Assembly (NCBI GenBank): GCA_903856085.1
Contig: CAIOAT010000020.1
Span: 1 to 61,498, forward strand
From: Candidatus Omnitrophota bacterium
Lineage (GTDB): Bacteria > Omnitrophota > Omnitrophia > Omnitrophales > Aquincolibacteriaceae
Reading direction: 5' to 3'
Length of the DNA: 61,498 nt
Position 1 is the first letter of the stretch. The number at the start of each line of letters is the position of its first letter. The notes beneath the pieces are model-generated. The model was given only the letters and a program-made list of their open reading frames with translations, had not been told where the DNA came from and made no database searches. The translations under genes were made by a program, and so were the position numbers. This document shows positions 7,990-16,730 of the stretch, piece by piece.

Positions 7990-8235
7990 TCAAATAATGC
8001 GCTGCCTTCTGAGGAATTTTGAGATCCGCAATTTCTGTTCCTCCGAAAGCTCAAATAAACCCATTTCCGCCTTAGAAATATCCGAGACGCTAACTCCCGT
8101 CCGCTCGAATAACTCAATTCGGGTAATTCCTCGCTCTTTGCGCCGCTGAAGAAGGCTTGCTCCGTATTCCCGTAGCATCCGATGCCGGGTGATTCTTCCT
8201 TCTTCCTCTCTATACATTTCGCTTAGATCCATCAT
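7990..8235 (-). CDS. XRE-family HTH protein (81 aa)
   Basis: The sequence contains RRKERGITRIELFERTGVSVSDISKAEMGLFELSEEQKLRISKFLRRQ. Its start overlaps the stop of the upstream ORF by 4 nt. Confidence 0.75.
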   Translation of the reverse strand: MMDLSEMYREEEGRITRHRMLREYGASLLQRRKERGITRIELFERTGVSVSDISKAEMGLFELSEEQKLRISKFLRRQRII

Positions 8236-8687
8236 TCTTTCTTCTCCGTTTCAGTGGATTTAAAACGAATATCTTTTTCCTGAGCCCTGAATGATTTCCG
8301 TTTCCCAAAGAACTCATCGAGGTGAAGCGTTTCTCGGAGATTTAATAACCGCTGCCTTGCGTTTAAGCGTTCCTCCTCATCCTGCGATATGACGTAACAC
8401 TTGATCGATATGGAGGCATAAACCCAGTGCATCAGAACCTCGACCGGCATCCCCGACAGAGACTGTCCAAGAAATTCATTTTGCCCCATGAGAAGAGAAG
8501 ATATGGTTTCCTTGGGCATTTGATACTTCAAGGCATTCCGCTCAAGAATATTTAACAGAAGCGTCGTCGTTTCGTTGACGAAATAAAAAGAGGTGAACGG
8601 AAAAATTCGGTTCTCCCAATGGACGTTGTTGGAGGCTTTGTCCAGATACGGGATGGACCCCTGAGGCTCCTTTACGTCAGCAAACAT
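8232..8687 (-). CDS. Hypothetical protein (about 151 aa)
   Basis: ORF track. The ATG at 8687 overlaps the end of the 40-aa small ORF (ATGTTTGCTGA). I recognise no motif. Confidence 0.5.
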   Translation of the reverse strand: MFADVKEPQGSIPYLDKASNNVHWENRIFPFTSFYFVNETTTLLLNILERNALKYQMPKETISSLLMGQNEFLGQSLSGMPVEVLMHWVYASISIKCYVISQDEEERLNARQRLLNLRETLHLDEFFGKRKSFRAQEKDIRFKSTETEKKE

Positions 8688-8799
8688 GGAGTTCGCCCCC
8701 AAGTTCCGCTTCCACTATGCGAATCCGCTTGCGGTACAGGCGATAAAGCGCGGCGCATCGTCTGGTGATCTTCCTAAATGTCTTCTTCTGGATTTTCAT
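8677..8799 (-). CDS. Small basic ORF (40 aa)
   Basis: Manual translation gives MKIQKKTFRKITRRCAALYRLYRKRIRIVEAELGGELHVC. Its ATG overlaps the TGA of the upstream 136-aa ORF (ATATGA), and GGAGG lies just upstream. Confidence 0.4.
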   Translation of the reverse strand: MKIQKKTFRKITRRCAALYRLYRKRIRIVEAELGGELHVC

Positions 8800-9206
8800 A
8801 TGCAACCTCCTGATTGTGGGTGTATGTCAAAGACATCGTAAAGGTCCTGAACGAAATCAAGGGCACTGCCTCTTTGCGAAGCCTTCACATTGGGAAGTTT
8901 TTGGACGAATCGTTTGAGCCAAAAAAAGACCCGGCGATATTGCTTCTGCTTTGAATCCATAAGCATGTGATGGTAAAGATCATCCAAGAAACAGCACACC
9001 CCGTTTACGACCCTCGCTTCGGGTTTATGCTGTTTGACTTGGATGAGAAAGATAAGGACCGTCATTTTGTTGTTGAAGTAGCCCTTGAACAGCTGCCCAA
9101 GAAGCCGCTCCTCGTTAAAATGACGATCCAACAAGCCCCGGATTGCCGTCCCGTTCGCTTCTTGGCTTGCTCTTTCTTTGTTATCGCTTATTTTTAGTTC
9201 GTTCAT
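8796..9206 (-). CDS. Hypothetical protein (136 aa), first gene of the minus-strand operon 9206->7523
   Basis: ORF track. GAGGA lies 8 nt upstream of the ATG at 9206. I recognise no motif. Confidence 0.5.
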   Translation of the reverse strand: MNELKISDNKERASQEANGTAIRGLLDRHFNEERLLGQLFKGYFNNKMTVLIFLIQVKQHKPEARVVNGVCCFLDDLYHHMLMDSKQKQYRRVFFWLKRFVQKLPNVKASQRGSALDFVQDLYDVFDIHPQSGGCI

Positions 9207-9385
9207 TTTCTTGTCCTCTACTCAGATGGATAGCATCCCGAGATTGGAAGAGCAAGGGTTTGTCCGGAAGTTCTTTATATGTTCTTTTTGGGTACACTTG
9301 TTAAACTGTTATTCTTGTGTTATCTTCTTAGTGGAATTAATGATGACCTTTTTTCTGTTTAAAAAAACTTTACTAGGAGGTGGTT

Positions 9386-10024
9386 ATGTACGAAGAAATT
9401 GGAAAAGACCTGGCTGAAAAGAAGATCGGCAAGCGGGCGATCCGCGCGCCACTCTGGGGAAAGGCCATTAAGTCCTTGTTGGTCCAGAAATCAGACACGC
9501 CTTCGCCGCTAACCGTGATCTGGCTAGCCAAGAAAACAGGGCTAAACGAAAAAAACCTCCATAACATTATCGCGGGCCGGGTGAAAGACCCGCCCTCTGA
9601 TAAGTTGGTTAGAATCTCGGACGCTTTTGGAATCTCGTTCTCTGATCTGGCGACACGAGCCATGGCCGAAGATCCAGGAAATTTCTTCGTGTGTGGTTAC
9701 GGGGAAAGAGGATTCATTGACTATCCGCAACACGGCTTCACCATTCAATCCCTGAGTCCGCAATCGAACAGTCAACGAGATTTCTTTTTGGGAAGGATGA
9801 CCCTGAAACCTTTCAAAGAACTTCGAAAGTGGCAGTTTAGGGAGAACTCGAGTGTCGCGATCTTCGTGGAATCAGGAACACTTGAAATAATTTATGGGGA
9901 ACGGAAGCGGGAAATCCACTCGAATGAGTCGGTTTATTTTGATGCGGGAGTGCCTCACAAAATCAAAAACATCGATTCCATTGAAGCGAAATTATTTATC
10001 GTAACTTGTCCGGCTCTTTTTTAA
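9386..10024 (+). CDS. XRE-HTH + cupin-domain transcriptional regulator
   Basis: The N-terminal HTH is LAKKTGLNEKNLHNIIAGRVKDPPSDKLVRISDAFG. The C-terminal cupin is VAIFVESGTLEIIYGERKREIHSNESVYFDAGVPHKIKN. AGGAGG lies 5 nt before the ATG at 9386. Confidence 0.8.
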   Translation: MYEEIGKDLAEKKIGKRAIRAPLWGKAIKSLLVQKSDTPSPLTVIWLAKKTGLNEKNLHNIIAGRVKDPPSDKLVRISDAFGISFSDLATRAMAEDPGNFFVCGYGERGFIDYPQHGFTIQSLSPQSNSQRDFFLGRMTLKPFKELRKWQFRENSSVAIFVESGTLEIIYGERKREIHSNESVYFDAGVPHKIKNIDSIEAKLFIVTCPALF

Positions 10025-10845
10025 GCTTTCTTTCTCAAAAGTTTGTGCTTAACGCACATCTTCTTGAGGACTTCGACGAGGACCTCAAGGTGTGCCGGTT
10101 TTGAGAAAAATTTATATCCTAACTTTCTGGCCTGTTCGACCTGTGCCGGGTCTTCAACGCCCGTGTAAATCACAAAGTCCTTCGGACAATGGCCTTCACC
10201 TGATTTCATGCGTTCGATTAGCTCTCCGCCCCACATATGAGGCATCTTGATATCGATAATCCCGATGTCAGGTTCGAATTCCAGCGAGGTTCTTAATGCT
10301 TCATCGCCTGCAAGAACCCACTTCACTTCAAAATGACAATCCCGGACATCTTCAGCTAGCGCTGGTCCCAGCAGCTCACACACTTCTATTTCATCGTCAA
10401 CGATCAATATCTTGGCGCAGGGTTCATAGCCAGACTCGATTTCAAGGGGGCTTTTTTCATCGCTCTTGCGCTCGATAACCGCCTCAATCCTGGCGTTAAA
10501 TTCCTTCATGCTGTAGGGCTTGGTCATAAACGCTTCAATACCTAAAGGTTCACATTCTTCTTTTTTATCACGAAGAGCAGTCAGAATAATCACGGGAAGA
10601 TTCGGAAAACGTTTGCGGATGGACTTCAACACTTCAATTCCACCCATGCCTGGCATTTTCAGATCAAGAACGATGAGGTCTATTTTCTCGCCGTATTCCT
10701 CGACGACTTTCAGAGCTTCCATCCCGCTTCCAGCGGTTAGGACTTTATAGCCAAGAGGTTCATACATTGTAGGGATGAACCAAAGCATATCTTCTTCATC
10801 ATCGACAATTAAAATAGTTCCTCTTATTTTTGGTATATCGACCAT
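10021..10845 (-). CDS. Response regulator with two tandem receiver (REC) domains and no output domain
   Basis: The first REC is ILIVDDEED..LIVLDLKMPGMGG..ILTA..KP. The second is KILIVDDEIE..IGIIDIKMPHMWG..YTG..SKP. Confidence 0.85.
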   Translation of the reverse strand: MVDIPKIRGTILIVDDEEDMLWFIPTMYEPLGYKVLTAGSGMEALKVVEEYGEKIDLIVLDLKMPGMGGIEVLKSIRKRFPNLPVIILTALRDKKEECEPLGIEAFMTKPYSMKEFNARIEAVIERKSDEKSPLEIESGYEPCAKILIVDDEIEVCELLGPALAEDVRDCHFEVKWVLAGDEALRTSLEFEPDIGIIDIKMPHMWGGELIERMKSGEGHCPKDFVIYTGVEDPAQVEQARKLGYKFFSKPAHLEVLVEVLKKMCVKHKLLRKKA

Positions 10846-10853
10846 AAACCCTC

Positions 10854-11234
10854 TCAGTTCTTTTTCTCTATCGCGGAGAAAATCGCTTTCTCAAGTTGTG
10901 ATAAGTCCGTTGGCTTATGCAAACAAAGCAAGGCTCCGCTGCGAATCGCCTTCGCATCCATATCGGAGTCATTAGAACCAGTGCAAAAAATTATTTTCTG
11001 CTCGGGTGCTTGCGCATGCACCTGCTGAATCACCGCTATGCCGCTCAAGCTGTCTTTCAAATGGGCATCGACGATAGCGATATCTGGCCTTTCTTGGAGA
11101 ATCAATTTTACTCCCTCGTGCCCATATACGGCTGTAATAACCTCATGCCCAAGCTCTCCGAAATAGCTCCTCATGAAATCCAGAAGTTCTTCTTCGTCAT
11201 CAACGAACAGGATTTTTGCCATCTTCTTGTCCAT
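10854..11234 (-). CDS. Single-domain CheY-like response regulator
   Basis: The sequence contains KILFVDDEEE..IAIVDAHLKD..FCTGS..HKP. Confidence 0.85.
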   Translation of the reverse strand: MDKKMAKILFVDDEEELLDFMRSYFGELGHEVITAVYGHEGVKLILQERPDIAIVDAHLKDSLSGIAVIQQVHAQAPEQKIIFCTGSNDSDMDAKAIRSGALLCLHKPTDLSQLEKAIFSAIEKKN

Positions 11235-13453
11235 TGCTTATGGGTATCAAAATGCGAAAGGCCGTACCCTTTCCGTACTCCGATTCCAAAAGAATTTTGC
11301 CTCGATGAGCATCGACCATCCGCCGAATAATATAAAGGCCAAGCCCCGTCCCTTTTTCCGCGCCTTTGGTGGTAAAGAAAGGGACGAAGAGCTTTTTTTT
11401 AGATTCTTCTGTCATACCAAGACCGTTATCGGCAATGGTGAACTCGACATATCGTTTGTCGCTGGACGTTGTTTCCTTGGCGGTAAGCCAAACAGCTCCT
11501 TTAGGAACTACGGCGGGCTTCTCAAGATTGCCCAATTTCCAAGCCGTTTCTTTCATCGTAAATGCATCGAAGGCGTTATCCAGCAAATTGAAAAGGATTT
11601 CTTCGATCTCACTCAGATTGCCGTGAACTTTCGGAAGATTGGCCTCAATTTCAAGCTTGAAATCAATGAGAGTTAAATCATGTTTGCATTCCCACAAGCG
11701 AAGACAGCTATCGATGGCTTCCGCTACACTCACAGGTTTGAAGCCTTCACTCAGTCGGCTGAAATCAAGCAAGCGTGCAACAATTTCTCCGCCATGGGCG
11801 CAATTTTTGTTGATGCTTTTGAGCAATTTCTCCATACTGGCTAAAACGCCTTCGATTCCTTCGTTTTCGACGTTCAATTCTTTCATATACTTTCTGAGGC
11901 GAGGGGAGACTGCTCATTATCATAATCTCTGCGCCGGCCTTCGTGAGGTTGAATCTGTTATTGACCTGATGGCCGATGCCGGATGCCATGGTGCCTAAAT
12001 CCGCCATTTTTGCCGCCTGAAAAAAATGAGTCTGTTGTTGCTCAAAATTTGTGAGAAAAATACAGTTCTCGATGGCAAGGGCTGCCTGATTGGCCAGAGT
12101 CGAAAGCGTATCAAGGTCGCTTTCGGAATAGAGACGTTTTGACTTTTTGTCGCCTAACACAATAAACCCAAGCAGTCGGTCCTGAACAAAACTCGGCACC
12201 ACCACCGCCGCATCCAGTCTTTCCATTTCCTGAATAACTTCGGCAGAAAGTTTCGAGGATGCAGTCCCTTGGGCTTGGATTTCTTCGAGGATTAATGGCG
12301 CTTTAGTTTCTCGAATATGTTGACTTAGGGCGGCGGTCTCGGCGATGCCATCGTTCCCTTGCTTGTGATGATCACCATGAGCCGCCTTGCAGATGAATTG
12401 TTCACCCTCGCTGTCTGAAAGAAATATGCGAGCGTGTGTGATTCGGATGGTTTTGGTGAGAATATGGACTATCAACCCTAACAGATGGTTCAGATCCTTG
12501 ATAAGAGTCATTCCTCTAGATGCCTGAAGCAGAGTTTGCTGATATGCCTTTTGTTCTCTTAAAAGAACCGCCTCTGCCCTGCGTTGGATAGTCAGATAAA
12601 TAAATGGGCCACTGAAACTTAACAAGCTGAATAATCCGGCGGGAAGCAACCACCAGTTAACACCTAATTGCCTTTCCAAAATACCTCGCATTTGGAAAAT
12701 CAAGAAGGCAGGAATTCCGACGACGAAGCAGTAAATCAAAACAAAAATACCCGTCCGAGTCACCGCAATCTGAATATCTAGCAATCGATGGCGGACGATG
12801 GCATAGGTCATTAGCAACGGATACAAAATTACAAAATACATCCCCCAAGGGAAAATGGGCCATCCAAATACGGGGAAAAAGGCTGTTGCTCCGCCCAAAA
12901 AACCAAACGAGGTGGCGGCAAACATATATACAAGTTGCAGTCGGCGCATTTGCCCAATATCTTTCCGCAAAAGAGCCTGCGCTTGAACCATAAACGCTTC
13001 GGCAATACACAGAAAGAAAGCTATCGTATAAACATAATATAGTGGAGCAACATCAGTGTAATAATGGAAAAATGGCTTCTGACTGGAAATCCGAACAATT
13101 AGGTCCTGCTTAAAAAAATTCAAAAATAAGAACGCCAAGAAAAGCGGATACCAAAAAAACAACTGCTTTTTGGTGCGGATAGAAACTTCGGTTAATTCAA
13201 AGGTGTAATGAAGAAATGTCGGTGGAATAAGAATGGCACCCAGGTAATGAATAATAAGCCAAGCTCGTGCACTTTGAAGGTTGTCAGCTGACACCACCAT
13301 CCCGAGGCCAAAACTCCAAACGGCTATCATGAGACTGCTGAGAGACCACAGCTGGTTAATTCGACGAGTTCTGTTTTTAACAAGGCAGAATATTCCAAAA
13401 AGCAAATAGCAGCAAGCGGAGGCGATGCAATAGAAACTAAAAATGCTACTCAT
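11200..13453 (-). pseudogene. Sensor histidine kinase (N-terminal 7TM + GAF + HisKA + HATPase_c) interrupted by a frameshift near 11886-11913
   Basis: ORF 11765..13453 carries the polytopic N-terminus, a GAF-like region and the H-box (MASGIGHQVNNRFN), then runs into junk. ORF 11200..11886, in another frame, carries the rest of the dimerisation domain and the ATP-binding domain (LLDNAFDAF..DNGLGM..GTGLGLYI). The downstream frame is open only from 11913 downward, and a GGGG/CCCC run lies at 11903-11906. Confidence 0.8.
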
Positions 13454-13470
13454 CGCACGCTCCGACCGTT

Positions 13471-15063
13471 TTAGAGGACTGGTTTGGTGGGGTTTCTGCC
13501 ATATTTATTATGAGTATCAACATATGTTCTATTAACCACAGCGGCAGCCGTTGGAAATTCTCCGGCTAATACGGCAGCAGCAATTATTTCTGCAAGCTTG
13601 TCGGATTTACCGTTTCCGAGACAGTCCATGAGATTTAAACATTCACGTTGGGTTCCCAAATGGGTACCTCCGCCGACCGTCCCTATTAACAAATTGTGAA
13701 GCGTGCAATCCCAATATAAATCTTTTCCGTTATTAACAATCTCGCTGGTGCCAGTACATGTATGAGCACTACTTAAATCGGCGGCATCTTGCCCGCACGC
13801 CAAAAAAATCGCAGCTATCCCATTAGAGGCATGAACATTAACCGCTCGAATGCCCGATGCCGTGCCGCACTCAATGCATCGGTCATTAAAGTCTTTCATT
13901 TGCTGGGCTGTAACGTGCAACATGTCCAACGCCTTAGAACAAACTACTCCTGACGCTTTAACAACTCTTCCATATCCTTGTTCGAGATTGGTTACTGAAA
14001 AATGTTTCACCCCACTAAAGTGGGACCTGAGATAAAAAGAACACTGAGTTTGAGATTCGATGTACTGGCACGCATTAAAAGACGCTTGGTTTATCATGTT
14101 TAAGCCGTGCGCATCTGCCGTATCATATTTGAATTTGAGCACATAGCTGTCCTTGATACGCCTCTGTTCAATCCCCAACAGAGTTGTATGCCGACTCCCT
14201 CCTTCCGTCACTTGTTTGATTTTCTCATAATTTTGATCGACAAATTTTTTAATCATTACATCTTCACCGTTCTTTATGGGAAACATAGGGGAAATGTGGA
14301 CCACTTTTGAAAGCACTTCGACATTAACACCGCCGCTCATATTGAGCAATCTGGCTCCAAGATCATACGTTAACAGCAGGGCCCCTTCCGTTGTAGCCAT
14401 TGGGACATGAAACTTGCCTTGAGCATGTTTTCCGTTAATTTGAAGAGGACCGATAACTCCAAGGGGAATTTGAATGATCCCCAGTGGATTTTCAACGTTG
14501 CCTTTCAAGGCATTGGTGTCATAAGTACAGCCTCGGATATGGCGAAGCTCCACATTCAATTTTCGGGATAAGATATCCGCCTTTTTCTCCAAACTTTGTC
14601 GGTCGTAAAGCTTTCTGATTTTTTTAAAACTTTGCTCGTCGGTTTCGTCAGCGGGCGGGGCTTCGAGAGTCTGCTGCGCATCGTAAGCTTTTTCGCATTC
14701 ATTAATTTTACTCAATAAATTCGGCGCATCAATGGGTTTGGAAACGTATTTCCAAGCCCCAAGCTGAAACACTTTCACGAGCGCAGATTCATCAGAATAC
14801 CCCGTCATGATGATGACGTTTTGCCTGTCCACCCTACCTGCTATTTCAAGGCCTCGTATCTTTTCCAAAACATCTGTTCCGTCAAGGCCGGGCATACGAA
14901 TATCCAGAAGAATGCAGAGGTAATTTCCTTTTCCGATTTTCTCTAAACCATCCTCCCCATTTTGGCAAACGTCTACATTCCAACCATTTTTAATAAAGAG
15001 GTTGGAAAGGGTTTTTAGCACGAGCGAGTCGTCATCAATGATGAGTATGCTTTTCCCTGTCAT
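13471..15063 (-). CDS. Receiver (REC) domain fused to an HMG-CoA-reductase-like catalytic domain
   Basis: The REC is MTGKSILIIDDD..ILLDIRMPGLDG..IIMTGYSD..SKP. The HMGR signatures are ENPLGIIQIPLGVIGPL..VPMATTEGALL, DTADAHGLNMIN, IGTVGGGTHLGTQ, AGEFPTAAAV and THNKYGRN. The start is at 15063, with GGGAGA upstream. Confidence 0.85.
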   Translation of the reverse strand: MTGKSILIIDDDSLVLKTLSNLFIKNGWNVDVCQNGEDGLEKIGKGNYLCILLDIRMPGLDGTDVLEKIRGLEIAGRVDRQNVIIMTGYSDESALVKVFQLGAWKYVSKPIDAPNLLSKINECEKAYDAQQTLEAPPADETDEQSFKKIRKLYDRQSLEKKADILSRKLNVELRHIRGCTYDTNALKGNVENPLGIIQIPLGVIGPLQINGKHAQGKFHVPMATTEGALLLTYDLGARLLNMSGGVNVEVLSKVVHISPMFPIKNGEDVMIKKFVDQNYEKIKQVTEGGSRHTTLLGIEQRRIKDSYVLKFKYDTADAHGLNMINQASFNACQYIESQTQCSFYLRSHFSGVKHFSVTNLEQGYGRVVKASGVVCSKALDMLHVTAQQMKDFNDRCIECGTASGIRAVNVHASNGIAAIFLACGQDAADLSSAHTCTGTSEIVNNGKDLYWDCTLHNLLIGTVGGGTHLGTQRECLNLMDCLGNGKSDKLAEIIAAAVLAGEFPTAAAVVNRTYVDTHNKYGRNPTKPVL

Positions 15064-15091
15064 GGCTTTCTCCCGGCATTTAATGACCGCA

Positions 15092-15379
15092 TTATAAAAG
15101 ACGCCAAAATTGGCCCCTTTGCCAAAACAAACAGAGCCCGACAAAAGCTCCGGTGACAGCAACGGCTAAAAAAAAGATCACTATTTTTATCGAGATTTTA
15201 TGCAGACCTTTTGTTTCTTTTTTGGAATCCGCCGCGAGCAAAAAGTGCGCTATTATAAAAAAAACAAGAAAGATAAAAGGGGGAACCGCATATTGCGGTG
15301 GATAAAAAGTTAGCGCAAGTATCAGGAATATTAACGCCAATACAATTAGCGAACGTACAAGAATCGTCTCTATTGACAT
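15092..15379 (-). CDS. Small membrane protein (95 aa, about 3 TM)
   Basis: ORF track. Hydrophobic segments include LIVLALIFLILALTF, FIFLVFFIIAHFLL and IVIFFLAVAVTGAFVGLCLF. It is the first gene of the two-component operon. Confidence 0.5.
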   Translation of the reverse strand: MSIETILVRSLIVLALIFLILALTFYPPQYAVPPFIFLVFFIIAHFLLAADSKKETKGLHKISIKIVIFFLAVAVTGAFVGLCLFWQRGQFWRLL

Positions 15380-15492
15380 ACCCCTCCCACCAAAATTGAC
15401 CTTCTATTCTGTCCCTTCTATTCTGTCTTTATGTATCGGACGTTTTGAGGGTATTCTAGAGCAGAAACCTAGAGGCGATACACTTAAATCTT

Positions 15493-16155
15493 TTAAGCCG
15501 CTGTCACAGAAACAAGCGGCGATCCAATCTCATCGAGCATTTCTCTGAATCTTGAGAATAGCTGGGATTCATTTTTTGATCGGATAAGCTCTAGAAGCCG
15601 ACGAAGATGGAAGTGCTTCAACATTGCTTGTTCCTTGTGGGTATTCAAAAAATCTTGAATTGGAGCTGGAAGTTCGAGGGTTTTGAGAACTCTGGCAATG
15701 TAAGACCAATCTTCTCCGGTAATCTCAGAGAGACCGCGAACGCTTTTAATACCTGTATCTTCGCGTAATTTGTGATAGTAGGCTGCTTTTTTGAGGGGGA
15801 AGTTTTCGAGACGGCGGAGATAGGCTTGATGCTTTTCTAGAATTCTCTGATCAATAGTGTCAGCTTGCGCAAGATCGCTCGGCCTCTCGCCAAAAACAAA
15901 CTGTTGTCGCCGCTTCTGGAAGATGCTATAAAATGCCTGTTGGTATACAAAAACACGTGAATAGGTATCTTTGCTTTCTGATTCGTCGAGAGTAAGCAAA
16001 GGGACCCCAGTTTTTTTCAAATTCGAGGTGGATGGAAATTGAAGGGAGCGCTTGTTCATAGCTATGGCTGATGCCGTGGTTATAAGTGCGGCTAGCCGAC
16101 CGGAGTTGCATTCCGGCGAAGGCGCCAATTCCCCTCGTCCTCTTTTTTTCTGCAC
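15493..16155 (-). CDS. Protein with a ParB/KorB-like HTH segment
   Basis: SVRGLSEITGEDWSYIARVLKTLELPAPIQDFL resembles the ParB HTH followed by the LP..IQ motif. The start is uncertain (GTG at 16155 or ATG at 16059). Confidence 0.45.
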   Translation of the reverse strand: MQKKRGRGELAPSPECNSGRLAALITTASAIAMNKRSLQFPSTSNLKKTGVPLLTLDESESKDTYSRVFVYQQAFYSIFQKRRQQFVFGERPSDLAQADTIDQRILEKHQAYLRRLENFPLKKAAYYHKLREDTGIKSVRGLSEITGEDWSYIARVLKTLELPAPIQDFLNTHKEQAMLKHFHLRRLLELIRSKNESQLFSRFREMLDEIGSPLVSVTAA

Positions 16156-16185
16156 AAGGGTTCAAAAAGGAACCGTTCTTAACAT

Positions 16186-16725
16186 ATGAACCGCCTTATT
16201 GCGATCAACAGAATCTCGGACATCCCGGCGAAATACCGGAATACCCCGATCGGACGTCTCCTGGAATATCAGAACCTGGATCGCCCTTTCAAACCTTATT
16301 CCAAGGCACAGCTTCTCATCGGCATGTGCATGGACAGCCGAAAGCTGTTACATATCCCCGACAACTTTGCGTTCGTTCTGCGCACGGGCGGCGCCAACCT
16401 CCGTTACAGTGAGTTCAAAGTCTCTTATGCAATCGCGGTCGGCGGCGTCTCTCACATCGCCCTCATCACGCATGACCACTGCGGCATGGTCAACCTCCCC
16501 GCCCGCAAAGATCTGTTCATCAAAGGTCTCGTCAAAAAAGGTGGCTGGAAGAAAAAAGACGCTGAGGAGCATTTCAGGAATTTTTCGCACCTTTTCGAGA
16601 TTGGCAATGAAACGAATTTTGTCTTAAGTGAGGTAAAACGGCTTCGGCTTCGATATCCCAAAGTCAAAGTCACGCCCATGTTCTATAAAGTTCATAACAG
16701 TCAACTTTTTTTATTAAAGGAATAA
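16186..16725 (+). CDS. Beta-class carbonic-anhydrase-like protein
   Basis: CMDSR ... THDHCGM matches the beta-CA zinc-ligand pattern CxDxR...HxxC. Confidence 0.65.
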   Translation: MNRLIAINRISDIPAKYRNTPIGRLLEYQNLDRPFKPYSKAQLLIGMCMDSRKLLHIPDNFAFVLRTGGANLRYSEFKVSYAIAVGGVSHIALITHDHCGMVNLPARKDLFIKGLVKKGGWKKKDAEEHFRNFSHLFEIGNETNFVLSEVKRLRLRYPKVKVTPMFYKVHNSQLFLLKE

Positions 16726-16730
16726 AACCC

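Larger units (their letters stand above)
1..9206. mobile_element. Putative integrated plasmid- or phage-like island (left end outside the window, right end undefined)
   Basis: The region holds a serine recombinase, a small Cys-rich phage/plasmid-type protein and a replication-relaxation-like protein. It also holds several HTH regulators, long non-coding stretches with tandem and inverted repeats, and no housekeeping genes. Confidence 0.45.
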
